DNA of 64,000 nt from Octopus vulgaris. Its lineage: Eukaryota. How positions within the stretch are numbered: the stretch's first letter is position 1; each line of letters starts with the position of its first letter. This document shows, one piece after another, positions 37,912-50,188 of the stretch. The notes below the pieces were generated by a model that was not told the DNA's origin, ran no database searches, and saw nothing but the letters and a program-made list of their open reading frames with translations. Position numbers and translations under genes: made by a program. The DNA lies in contig OX597814.1 of assembly GCA_951406725.2 (NCBI GenBank), positions 167,958,001 through 168,022,000 of the forward strand, given 5' to 3'.

Positions 37912-39203
37912 CGAGGGACGTTCAATAAGTAATGCCCCTGACTCACTTGCGTTTGTTTGATCTAGCTGAAATTTTGCATGTGCAATTATTTATATCTCTA
38001 TAGATTAAGTGGCAAATTACAGCTCTGAACTAATTATGGTTTCTGATTTATAGGTGTTTGAACTGAGTCAAGTGTGAAATAGAGCCTGTTGAGTGTCGAG
38101 CAGTGATCCGGTTTTTGTATTTGAAAGGTCGCACACCACGGGAGACTTTTGATAAAATGAAAGTAATTTATGGTGATGATGCCCCATCATATGACCTTGT
38201 AAAACGCTGGCATCGTGAACTCAAACATGGTCGGAACTCTGTGGAAATAGCTCCCAGATCTGGTCGCCCCACTTCTGCCATTGATGAGGCATCTGTCCGT
38301 CAAGGTGAGGCTGCCATTTTGGAAGATCGATGCATAACTATTCACCAAATAGCCCATTACGTCAAGATTAGTCCTGGGTCTGTGGAAACTATCATTCATG
38401 ACCATTTGTATATGCAAAAGGTGTCTGCCAGATGGATTCCCAGGTTGCTCACACCTTTCCAGAAGCAAGAACGTGTCGAGTGCTCAAGGATGAATTTGGA
38501 GATGTGCCAAGAAGATTAGTCAAAATTTTTCAAAAGACTGATTACACAGGATGAAACCTGGGTCCATCACTATGATCCAGAGACCAAAGCCCAATCAATG
38601 CAGTCGAAGCACCGTGACTCACCTCCTCCAAAGAAGGTAAGGGTGCAGCCCTCCGCTGGCACGGTCATGCTCACAATCTTCTGGGACCAGGACGGAGTAG
38701 TGATGACAGATTTCCTGGCAAAGGGTACCACAATTACAAGAGCCTATTATGCTTCACTTTTGAGGAAATTAAGAGAAGCTATCAAAATCAAGAGGCGGGG
38801 CAAGATCAGCAAAGGCATCCTCCTCCTGCAGGACAACGCTCCGGTCCACAACTCGCGTGTCGCCAGATCAGAAGCACAGGCGTGCGGCTATGAACTCCTC
38901 CCCCATCCCCCTACTCTCTTGACCTTGCACCCTCTGATTTTCACCTCTTCCCAGCCATGAAGTTGTTTTTGAAAGGAAAGAGTTTCCCAGATGATGCAGC
39001 CTTGATTTCTGAAGTCACGTCATGGTTGGGGGACCAAGCTGGGGTCTTCTACAAAAACGGCCTCCAGAGCTGCATCAAACAATAGGAGAAATGCGTAACT
39101 CTGGGTAGTTCCTATGTAGAAAAAGACTAATAACTATGCCAAGTTTCGTTGCTCTACCCCTATGGGAAGTGGGTCAGGGGCATTACTTATTGAACGCCCC
39201 TCG
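37912..39203 (+). mobile_element. Full-length (1292 bp) mariner (Tc1/mariner, DD34D) element in the MED24 5' intron
   Basis: TIRs CGAGGGACGTTCAATAAGTAATGCCCCTGAC / GTCAGGGGCATTACTTATTGAACGCCCCTCG, TA on both sides. Confidence 0.95.
38079..39130 (+). pseudogene. Inactivated mariner transposase
   Basis: ATA in place of the start; WIPRLL, TQDETWVHHYDPE, LQDNAPVH and YSLDLAPSDFHLF motifs; TAG at 38517, -1 frameshift near 38910, TAG near 39083. Confidence 0.92.
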
Positions 39204-39715
39204 TACATTTAAAAACACTTAAAGCAGTAATTCAGATTTAACATAAAGAAAATACCCTATATGTCTGTAGTGTAATATTAATACATTAGACAATAACTTT
39301 AGAAAAAAGAAAGTCAGTAAATTAAATTTGTATTCTAAAACATCAGTATTGATAATTTTATACTGAAATTGATATTTAGATTTTATTTGTTTTCTATGTA
39401 AGTATAAAAAGTTGTTAGTTTAAGGAGCTCAACTACTCACTCTTGTGTCATGAGTTGAAATTTACCTACAGCTGTTGTAATCTCATAATCAAGTCATTAC
39501 TCTGCTTGTATCGTTAAAGTTATCAATTCATATGCAAATGTATCAAACTTGTAAAACATCTGAGCCCTATTACCTTAAAAACTGATGTAAAACTGGAAAT
39601 GAAATTTTATACGTTTAGTCAAGTTATGCTATTAATTGCTGGTTACTTTATTTGTTTTTGTTTTTTTAATTGTGTAATTTTTATTTTTGCAGAGACGCAT
39701 AAATTAACGGAAAAT

Positions 39716-39866
39716 ATGGTTGCAGATTCCAAAACGGATTCTGTTTCCAGCCTCGTGAGAGCTGTGCTTGTGAAAGCATGGCGAGAGCGATGGAATGAAA
39801 TAAGATGGGGAGTTTGCTTGAAACGAGTTCTTGCTAGCTACCCTGAAGAAAACTGTGACCTTGCTG
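39716..39866 (+). CDS. MED24: Mediator subunit 24, coding exon 1 (acceptor at 39693)
   Basis: MVADSK...VLVKAWRERWNEIRWGVCLKR matches MED24 AWKERWSDYQWAINMKK; G|gttggt donor. Confidence 0.9.
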
Positions 39867-41597
39867 GTTGGTGCTAACTTTTTTTTTTTATAATTATGTA
39901 CAACTCCCCACTTGCTTTTATTAATAGTCAAGTGTTACCTGACATTATAGAACTAAAGTAGCCTCCCTTCTTACTATTCTATCTTGAATGGATGTAATGG
40001 AAAATCGTTTCCAACTATGAATTAATAAAGACTGATCGTATAATTCTGTTCTCTCAAGCATAAGTGACTCTTTCAGCCTCTCTTCCAGCAGGTAGCTAAC
40101 ATAAAATATGTTTAGTTTAATGATGAATAAAACCTGATAAATGTAAACTAGACTTAGTATATATCAAATAGCTTTTACACCATTCCAGTTTTGTGTATTT
40201 TATAGATCTTTTAGTTTGTTTTGGCTGCTGGTTTGATTATCTTTTTATTTGAACAGATGGATGAATTAACAGCAGGTGGCAGGCATATGGTTTGAGTCTT
40301 GTAGTGGGCCTGTTACTCTTTTCTTAAATTCATACCAATAACATGTAATATCGATGGTATGAATGTAAAAGTTAGATAGTTCAGGCAAGTTGATAAATTA
40401 AAATGTTATGGAATGTATAATGAGAATGGATATTAGTACATTTCAGAAATTATGCTTTTTGTCTCTTCGACAGTAGGAAGAATAAAAGATTTTTTATTTC
40501 TTGAACTATGCTCATAACTTCTACTCATACCAATGTATCTTTCCCTTTACATAGTGATAAAGCTATTTAAATCTACAACCACAATTATGATGTAGGCATT
40601 TTCTTGTATGTGGAACTTTTTCTTCTATTTTACATCCATTATTTTTTTTATATATTTTCATGGGTAAAATGGTTTATCTCTTAGCACAGTTGCTTTTATC
40701 CTTCTGATAACCATCCAAATATAAAATAGAGGTGGAGCGTGTATTTTTTAATTTATGTTTAGTTTGGCAAATAAGAGCAGAATTAAGTACATTTCATGGG
40801 ACCTCACATATATGATATGGATATAAAGTTATTCTGGCTCTTGATAACATGTGCTTTATATAGCTTTTATCATTCAATGTAACAACACCAGTTATAGGAT
40901 CTATTAACTTTTATAAAGTGTTCTTTGTACATTTACAATCTTAGCATCAGAATTAGTATGCATCTAAAAGAACCACAAACTATTCACCATCCATGTGATC
41001 TGTCTCAACTAATAAGTATAACAATTAATATTACTAGCGTAGATGGCAGAATCATTAGCATGCCGGGCACAAGTATCATTTCATTACTGGGGTTGATGTA
41101 ATCAACTTACTCTACAAAAAAAAATTGCTGGCCTTGTTCCAAAATTTGAAATTGATATTAATAGTATAGATAAGGTGGTAAGCTGCCATCTTACCACCTT
41201 ATCTATACTAGTTGGCAAAATGCTTAGCAACAGTTTGTTTTTACATTCTGAGTTCAAACTCAGCTGAAGTTGATTTTGCCTTTCATCATTTCGGGGTTGA
41301 TAAAATAAATACCAGTAGAGCACTGGGGTCAATGTAATTGATTTACTCCCACCCCCTAAAATTGCTGGCCTTGTGCCAAAATTTGAAATCAATATAATTA
41401 CTCACTATTGAATTTGAAATAAAATTATGTAAAGGAAGTCAAAAGTGTGACATGTTTTTATTGCATCAAATTATAAATAATGTTCTGCTTTCTTTTTGTC
41501 ATGTATTTGACTACTCAGAGAAGAGAATTATTTCACAATAAAACCATTTTATGTAGCTAAGACTTTAAAAAGATCATTACTTTTACTTTTCATACAG

Positions 41598-41680
41598 AAA
41601 TACTACTACAGCAAGCTTTAGTTGGTACGAGCCCAAACACTTTGGTTATGTCTTACCTCCGTCATGCTATCAGTTCTCAA
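41598..41680 (+). CDS. MED24: MED24 coding exon 2
   Basis: EILLQQALVGTSPNTLVMSYLRHAISSQ vs MED24 ALLEQAMIGPSPNPLILSYLKYAISSQ; ag|..|gtaagt. Confidence 0.93.
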
Positions 41681-42402
41681 GTAAGTTATGTTTATAAAAA
41701 TAAAATTTTATTCAATAGTAATGATATTTTTTTTTTTTTTGAAAATTCACTTACAAAATCATTGAAATGTAAATTTTCTAAGTATTTTCTTAATTTTAAC
41801 AAATCATCAATATTCAACATCTGTTATTCATGCTAGAATGGATTGGATGACTTCACAGGAGCTGGCATCTCCAGAGGCCTCACAAGGTTCCGTAATCTGT
41901 TTTGGTTTGGTTCCTACAGCTGGATACCATTCCTAACACCAACTGCTTAACAAACTGGGTGCTTTTTACGTTGCACCTTGGTTTTAGGACATCAATTCTG
42001 TTGTGGATGGATCTTCTTGAGTCACAGGAGATGAAATCATTATATTGCATTTTAATGAATTAATTAGTAAAACTTTTCAATAATAGGAGTAAAATCAGCA
42101 TGAAAATTGTTTGTAGAATCATCTTGATCGACAGACTACTTCTTGGAAATGTGTACATTTTGTGTATCAATAAAGAAATGAATTGTTATAAATATATGTA
42201 ATATCAAATTTTTTTAAAGGCATTGTTTGATTCTATAGCAGCGTTTTAAAGTTAGCTTTTTCATTATATTTTATTCAAGAGTTTAAAGTTAATTTTAGTG
42301 TCTTCTTTAGCCATAAAACCTGCATTTTAAATATTTAATATTTGAGAGCTTAATTTGGATTTTATAAGTTTGTTTACAAATCTCTTTTATTCCTGTTTTC
42401 AG

Positions 42403-42515
42403 CTCATCACTCACAACGTAGCCTACCGAAATATTACAAAATTTGAAGACTTCAATCGACCTTACTGTATTCTTGGTTTAGTGGAACTGGTTGAGAGTGT
42501 AACAGTAAAGTTTAG
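42403..42515 (+). CDS. MED24: MED24 coding exon 3
   Basis: LITHNVAYRNITKFEDFNRPYCILGLVELV vs ISKFDDFSRDLCV; phases consistent. Confidence 0.9.
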
Positions 42516-43584
42516 GTAAGTTAGTTAAGCTAATTTGTTTTCATTTCAGTACAGGCTGTGTGATAAAAAGTTTGCTTCCGAACCACATGGTTCCTGGTTC
42601 ACTCCCACTGCATGGCACCACTATAACCTCAGGTCAATCAAAGCTCTATGAGTGAATTTGGAAGACAGAAACTGAAAGAAGCCCATTGTGTGTGTATCCT
42701 TGTCAAACCATCCAATTCGTATCTGCATGGAACATGGATGTTAAATAATGATGATCGTCATCATTGTTCAACATCTGTTTTCCATGCTGGCATGGGTTGG
42801 ACAGTTCGACTTGGTGGGTCTGGGAAGCCAGGAGGCTGCACCAGGCTCCAATCTGATCTGGCAGTGTTTTCTACAGTTGGATGCTCTTCCTAACGCCAAC
42901 CACTCAGAGAGTGTAGTGGGTGCTTTTTATGTGCCACCAGCATGGGAGCAAGAGAGGGCTGGCATTGACCATGTTTGGCTGGTACTTTTATGTGCCACTG
43001 GCACAGGAGCCACTCGGGGCAAGGGGGATGGCATCGGCCACATTTGGATGGTGCTTTTTACATTCCACTAGCACGGGGTACCAGACAGGTGGCACTGGCA
43101 TCAACCACAGCTACAATTTCCATTTGATTGTGGTTTGATTAGATTTTGATGTTGATGTACTTAACTCAGTAGGTCTCCTCAAGCATGGCATGTTGCCTTA
43201 CGATCCAAAAGGCACTTTTGAGTGGGCTGCTTATGTGACACTGGTGTAGGCTACAGCTGTGATCTCACTTTATTTGCCGGGTCTTCTTGGTCTTCTGTTA
43301 TTGCCTCTGTGAGGCCCAGTGTTCAAGATAATATATAGTTACATTTAATCATGCTAACTATCCAATTCTATGAATTTATTCTTTATGTTTTGCCCTTAAT
43401 CAACCCTGATCCAGGAGGTCTTAGCCATAACAACATTGTTTGTCTCAGGCTACATCATTTAATGTCTTTCCTTTTCAAAGACAGTAGGGTTGTGGTTTGT
43501 GATAGATTTGGCTGTTGTTTCTAGCAGGTCTACTGCCCCCATCCTTCCCTGTAGATTCTCCCAAGTAATGTAATATCATAGGGT

Positions 43585-43778
43585 AATATTTATCCTCACT
43601 TAAACATGGGCGTTCTATTAAACAAACTATACTGCAGCAGTTTAGCATGAGAGAAACTCTCATATAAACAAGAGTGCATTTTGCACAAAAAATGCTGATA
43701 TGAGAGTTTTTCTCATGCATACTACAGCAGTATAGTTTGTTCTAATAGAACATCCATGTTTAAGTAGACATAAATATT
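43585..43778. repeat. Foldback palindrome (~80-bp arms), probable MITE, in MED24 intron 3
   Basis: ACTTAAACATGG..TTCTATTA..ACAAACTATACTGC..GCATGAGAGAAACTCTCATAT mirrored on the right arm. Confidence 0.85.
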
Positions 43779-44280
43779 ATCTCTCAGTATTGATATTGCC
43801 TCTCTCACTAATATATATTTCTAACCCCCTTTGCTTGCGAAGACATGTTGGGGCAAGTGAAATCGAAATCAAATTGAACCAGCCAGGATCCCTGGTCTGG
43901 TGGTATGTAAAAAGCACTATCCGACTCGTGGCCGATGCCAGCGCCGCCTCGACTGGCTTCCGTGCCGGTGGCACATAAAATGCACCAATCCGACAGTGGC
44001 CGTTGCCAGCCTCGCCTGGCACCTGTGCAGGTGGCACGTAAAAAGCACCCATTACACTCACGGAGTGGTTGGCGTTAGGAAGGGCATCCAGCTGTAGAAA
44101 CATTGCCAGATAAGACTGGAGCCTGGTGCAGCCTTCTGGCTTCCCAGATCCCCAGTCGAACCGTCCAACCCATGCTAGCATGGAGAACGGACGTTAAACG
44201 ATGATGATGATGATGATGATGATGATTAGTAATGTAATATATGCTTATGTGCTAATTCTCATGTTTTGTTTGTTTTTCAG

Positions 44281-44504
44281 TTTTGCTTGTACTGCTGACT
44301 CTCCTCTGGTTTTATCACGTTCATTACAAAAGCTACTTCATTGGTTGCTACTTTGTATATTAAAATCTTTACAAAGACTTGCTGAAGGTAGACAAACCCA
44401 AGAACATATCACCATTATAGACCGAACGTGTACTGCTATCCAGAAGATAATGCAAGGAGGTCCTATATGGGCATTGTTATACATTGCCAGATCTGAAGAT
44501 AATG
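44281..44504 (+). CDS. MED24: MED24 coding exon 4
   Basis: LSRSLQKLLHWLLLC...ALLYIARSED vs LHWLL / ALLHIAKLEE; phase 2 in, phase 1 out. Confidence 0.9.
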
Positions 44505-45312
44505 GTAATTACCTGCCAATACTATTCACATTTCTTGTTATTGAGGTCAAATGATTACTTAGTGCAGCATAGAGTAATTAAAATTTTAATTATCTTACCC
44601 CTAGTTAATGTCATTTCTACTGTAAGCTTAAGGCCTGAAAATGGAAGGTGGAGTGGCTGGTTGATTACATACCACCCCAGTACTTGACTGGTATTTATTT
44701 TATTGACCCCAAAGTGATGAAAGGCAAAGTTGGCCTCAGTGGAATTTGAACTCAGAGCCTGAAGACAGAAATAATGGCTGCTAAGCATTCTGTCCAGCAT
44801 GCTAATGATTCTGTCAGCTCACATTCAATAGACTTAACTTTCACTATGTGGTTCACTCCAACTACACAGGGCATTGGGTGACTAATACTTATAGCCGTGA
44901 GCTGACTAATGAATTTGGTAAACAATAATTGCAGGAAAACTAGTGTATATGCATGCATACACACACACACACACACGCATGTTGATGTTCACATTACTTG
45001 AATGATCCATTATGCCCTTTTGAAAACCACTGGAATAAAAAAAAAATCCCTTACTTGAAAAACAGATAAAGATTGGTAACATAAAGAACATTCAGCCTTA
45101 AAATAACTGTCTAACCCATGCTAGCTGGAAAAATAGACCTTAGACAAATAAATTTGTTCAGTATTTACTAAGTCTTAATAGATATGTTAGCCTTTTCTCT
45201 CTGTCTTTCATAACTTAGTTTTTGAGAGTGTCATTGAAATCCCTGTACATTTTGGGAACCAAAATAATTGTCTATCCTTTTTTTTTTATCTATATTCATT
45301 TCTTATTGGCAG

Positions 45313-45436
45313 AGACTTACAGAGAATTTGAACAGACAGAAGTGAATGTCCGAGGAACAGTTACACAATTACAACAAAATGTCATATCAATCCAGCAACG
45401 AGAGAAAGTTATAGAAACATTACTGGTTCTTGGCGG
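45313..45436 (+). CDS. MED24: MED24 coding exon 5
   Basis: gcag|AG...GG|gtgcgt; ETYREFEQTEVNVRG...TLLVLG; phases fit exons 4 and 6. Confidence 0.82.
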
Positions 45437-45977
45437 GTGCGTTTCAACTACATGCTTTCGCTACAATTGTACTGTGACAAGTCCTTCAAATAATGAATAT
45501 TTATTAGATTGTACAAGAATTATACTAGGTCTTCCAAGTGCAGTAAATCATCTATTTATAAATATAGGATAGTTTTATCTATATCCAATATTCTTCTAAT
45601 GTCATACTTCTCAACTTTCTAGAAATTTAATTCTGTATTGAAACTATTTGGAGACAAACAATGAAAAACAAAAGCATGAAATATCTGGTCTTATTCTATA
45701 CTATTTTAGTAGTAACTCCTTTCAAATATAAAAAAAAATTCAGATAATCATAGGAAAAGCAATTATATAAACAAAATATAAGCAGATCTGTTATTTAATA
45801 ACACAGAATATGTTATTAAATTTATTAACCTAATTTCTTGGACCACCCTATTAGCTATTTAGCATGTAATTCAAAATAGTTTTTGGTTTTTTTTTGCAAA
45901 TGAATTTAATTAGAAATTGTTCATATTTATTGCTTGTTACTAAATTTTTGATTAAATAAATATCTTTTCTTTTTCAG

Positions 45978-46137
45978 TCAAGAAATGCAAAATTCTTCAG
46001 ATAAAGCAGTTTTAGAAGTCAGTCATTTAACAGTTTGTCCAACAGTAAATGCATTGGTAGCTCTTGAAGCTGTTCTAAACCCAACAAATGATGTACAACC
46101 ATTCCTGGAACAGCTGCTTGTTATAGAGAAACTTGCA
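45978..46137 (+). CDS. MED24: MED24 coding exon 6
   Basis: CPTVNALVALEAVLNPTNDVQPFLEQLLVIEKLA vs PTVHAVILLEGTMNLTGETQSLVEQL. Confidence 0.9.
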
Positions 46138-47097
46138 GTAAATAATAAGTGATATTTTCTATTTCATACCATTTGTTAGAGTATTTTTTGTACCATTAGA
46201 ATTTTGTTGGTCAGCATTTAGATAAAATTAAGAAATAGCAACATGTTCAGTTATATAATTATCAGCAAATATAATTAGTCCAAAGAAAGTAGTAGTTGTT
46301 TGCACTAGCAGAAATCATTTAATAAAGTTCATAAATTTGTAAACCAATTCAAACTTCATTAATAATGCATCTCTATCTTATTGTTTCTTTGTGGATTATT
46401 TTGCTTTTGGCTGAAACTTTGAGCTGAAAGACAATATGAAGATTGAATTTGGCCTTCAATTCTTAAGTTCTTCAGTTGATTCAAACCATTGTGATTGTGA
46501 CTGTATAGCTGCCTATATCCAAAGTAGATTCTAAATATTGTTGCTCTGTCTTCAACTAATAACGTTCATAAGTATGAATTTCCCTTGTTACTGTTTAAAC
46601 CCAGACCAATCCTGACTGAGTAGACCTATGATCTAAAGCTTTCCAACCATGACCATCCTTGTTAATAGGAATAGTGTTTCAAGGATTACTCCCCCACCCT
46701 CAAGTAGTAGGGTGTGATTTGAGATTTCACTGCTGTATTTATTTAAATAGGAACATTCTTACATGAGTTATTTTGTATTGTAAAAACCAAGGCAGTCTTA
46801 GGCAGAATAGTATTGAAAGAATTAACTATATTAATCTGCAGAATTAGGTCTTTTAGCACAAAGGTTCTCAACCATTTTTTATCTGTGGACCCCTTTGATT
46901 ACAATTTTATTTTGGTGGACACCTCCCCCATTAGATATTAAAAAACTAGTTTTATAGAAATTTCTTTCAAAAAATGCGAATCTGTAATGTAGGCCATTCA
47001 TACATTGTTGTAGGTTAGCCAATACTCAGCTTAATATAATTCAATAAATTCATCACATTCTACTTGATATTTCTGTTTGTTTTTTTTTTCTTTTTAG

Positions 47098-47211
47098 AAA
47101 CTTAATCGTGCCAAGTTATACTGTGAATTAATGCGAGCCTGCTTTATGGGATTAATCGATTCCAATGGCGGCCAAGAGGAACTGAAATGGGCAGCATTTA
47201 CTTTCTTAAAA
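47098..47211 (+). CDS. MED24: MED24 coding exon 7
   Basis: ELMRACFMGLIDSNGGQEELKWAAFTFLK vs EIWKACFVGLIESPEGTEELKWTAFTFLK. Confidence 0.95.
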
Positions 47212-48440
47212 GTAAGAGTTGTTAATTAATTCCATCTTTTAAATTGTATACCTCTCTTTATACCATGTTATCAATGATTGCAGTATGGTGGCTTGACCTG
47301 CTAAAAGTAACAACGAAATTGTTACGATTGATTATTGGCTGTTTTATATATCTTCCTCTCTAACTCACTCTCCTTTGTTTTCCAACTGGGGTATCCATTT
47401 ATCTACTCTACAGCAAGACTCCTATATCTGTTTCTTCTATACCTTAAATATCACAACTGGCACATTACCACTCTCCCTCAATACTGCTCCCACCCCCATC
47501 CCAGTTGAGAGGTTTTTGATTTGCAACATACTTGGTGACTGTTGGTGCTGGTTTCACAAAAAAATTATTGGTGATGATGGTACCATGAAAAAAGCACTGA
47601 TGTTGGTGCTACACAAAAAGCACCCAGTACACTATGTAAAGTGGCTACCATTAGAAGGGCATCCAGCTGTTGAAATTATGCCTAACAATGGGACATGATG
47701 TGGATCCTGGCCTTGCCAACTCCTGTCAAACTGCCCAGCCCATGCCAGCATGTAAAATGATGATTATGATGATAAGAGAGAGAATTATTTACCACAGACA
47801 CCACAGGGATATAGCTTCTCACTATATGTTTATAGTTGTCTCAATAAATCATTGTAGAGAACAATTTATCCCTGATATCACAGCAATATGGCTTCTCTGT
47901 ATGAATTCTTATGTTAGTTGTGAATTTACATTACTGAGTGAATGTCTTTTTACCAACATTAAAGCAATACAATTATTTTCCTATACTTTTCAACATCTCA
48001 TCAAGAAAATGAATTATTTTAGGTTGTGATACAGAACTTATCTTCCACTACTTTTCTCCTCTTAGCAAAACATATGGATATGTTTTTATTTTTATTCCTC
48101 CTTAAAGTATTCATATGGCTGTTTTTCCATCAGCTGAAACCCTTGTCAATGTATGTAGATGTCCAAGTTTCATTACAATATGTAGTATATTTTGTGCAAT
48201 ATTGTAGGATAAATTGAACTCTAAAAATCTAAGAAATGGGTAAGAGAGGTTACTTCATTGGTATGCATGGAAAAATTGATGAAAAAATGTATCCCCATAA
48301 TGAGAGAAAGTAATGAGAGCAGAAGTAGGCTTGAAAAGATATTCATAAATACTAACTCTGACAAATATTCATCTTATGTTTTTATCACCATCTTTAAATT
48401 TATTATGATATAATTAAATTTGATAATTTTCCATTACCAG

Positions 48441-48568
48441 CTCCCGCAGGTTTTATTGCGGATTCAACGGCAATCGCCCGGCCAGGACTTTTCTCATGAA
48501 CTTGAATTGGGTTTTGATAGACTATTAAGCTATGTACCTTTGTTGGATGTCACAGATTTACGGCTTAA
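48441..48568 (+). CDS. MED24: MED24 coding exon 8
   Basis: LPQVLLRIQRQSPGQDFSHELELGFDRLLSYVPLLDVTDLRL vs IPQVLVKL...PLLDKADQR. Confidence 0.92.
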
Positions 48569-49039
48569 GTAAGTATGCTATTTTACGCTGAATAAAACAG
48601 AGCACTAAAGCATTAGTTAAATTGATAAGTCTACAATTTGTAGTATTGGTTTAGTTTATAACGTAGTACAGGTTTGAGTTTTGAAAGTATTAATATTTGC
48701 TCAGTGTCTTTTAACATTTCTACTTTTGTTTTTGTAAAATGTAAGAGTTTTCTTAACCAGAGGCAGGTAGTATACTCACAAATCTAAATGGAAAATTATG
48801 AATGAAATTAAAATTGTTAATTTATAGCTTGAAGTGTTAGAGTTTCAAGTACTGCAGGGATATGGAAGAAGGTTGGTAGTTCACTGCATTAAAGAATGGA
48901 TAAGAAGATATTCTAAGTATATTAGATATAAGAAGTCTGTAAAAGGTAAAGAAGAGATGGTAGAGCATAATGGCAGATGAGGGAGTACAGAATTTCAGTG
49001 AAGCATAGTTATTCAACCATGTAGATAGCTTTTCGTTTG

Positions 49040-49835
49040 CGTACTCTCTCTGATGCCAGTGAACAAGAAGAGAAGTTCATACCAAATGTGGAAGCAAAAC
49101 TAAGAAATGTTTTAGTTAGCAAGAAAGAAGAAAAGATTCTCATGCCATTCAGAATATGGCCATGTTCAATATACAGAAAAGGAATTGGTAGTAACTATGG
49201 AATACATACTACTTGTAGTCTATAGGTGCACAAGAAATGCAATGGGGTCACAAACAGGCTGACAGAAGGAAAAAGGACTTTGTATGTAGTATATGTGCTG
49301 GAGCAGATAGCAGAGAAGCACTCGTGAAAAACATTCTTTCAAATTCTTAGAAACATTTTTTAGTTGCTGATCTAATAAAGATTAGAGGTAAATGTTGTGA
49401 AAGAATTGTAACCAAAGTACGACCAGAGTGAGGAAAAGTTTTGGCAACAAAAGAATTCTATCTTTGTGTACGAATGCAATTTTGCATAGAAATGAAATAC
49501 AGGCATTTTGATGTGGAGGAAGAATGAAGACCAGAAAGAAGAAACAGGCACACTACATTGGGTGAATGATGTTATTGGTGCACAAATGAGATGAAAAAAG
49601 AAGATTGGATGTAAGCTGAAATAGATGTATTGTGCAAGAGAGAAAACTGTGCTGGTATGGACATGTGGTGTATATGGAAGATGACAGGTGATTCAAGTGA
49701 AAGAACAAGGAAGACATGGGAAGAAATGGTAAAAGCTAATCTGAAGAGGTTAAATCTCTCAAAGTACTGCAACACATGGTAAGACATTGGAATTAAGAAG
49801 ACCCAGCCAAAAAACATTGAAAAGTGGACATAAAA
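49040..49835 (+). mobile_element. Highly degenerate RTE LINE 3' portion
   Basis: WPCSIYRKGIGSN..HKKCNG, WYGHVV, RKTWEEMVKANLKRLNL remnants ending in AAAAGTGGACATAAAATGGTGAT. Confidence 0.5.
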
Positions 49836-50101
49836 TGGTGATTTATGGTTATAATCACGTTTCTAATTTTTTTTCTTATACTAATACCATATTTTAAAAA
49901 TTTAGTAATTTATTACATATATGGTAAAGTTCATATTTTGTGTGCACCAAAAAATAAGCGATTAAAATTACTTTACCTTTGTTAATTATTTTGATTAACT
50001 ATGCTTCAATATTAGATCTTCACTCTGTCTTAGCACTTCGTATAAAAACAATCTCATTTACTTTCTGGTTATTATATTTTACTTGTAAATTCTCTTTGCA
50101 G

Positions 50102-50188
50102 CTGTGACTGTGTTACATTTTTGTTGAAGGAGTGCCAGAAGTATTCCTTGCTAACTGAAATACAGGGCTCTAAATTGCAGCAACGCAG
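50102..50188 (+). CDS. MED24: MED24 coding exon 9
   Basis: NCDCVTFLLKECQKYSLLTE vs NCDCTNFLLQECGKQGLLSE; AG|gttagt donor. Confidence 0.93.

Noticed and set aside
43890-44060. CRISPR-like repeat-spacer array (GGTGGCACGTAAAAAGCACC units)
   Set aside because: Internal degenerate tandem repeats of a eukaryotic retroposon 3' UTR; the spacers are related to each other and there are no cas genes.
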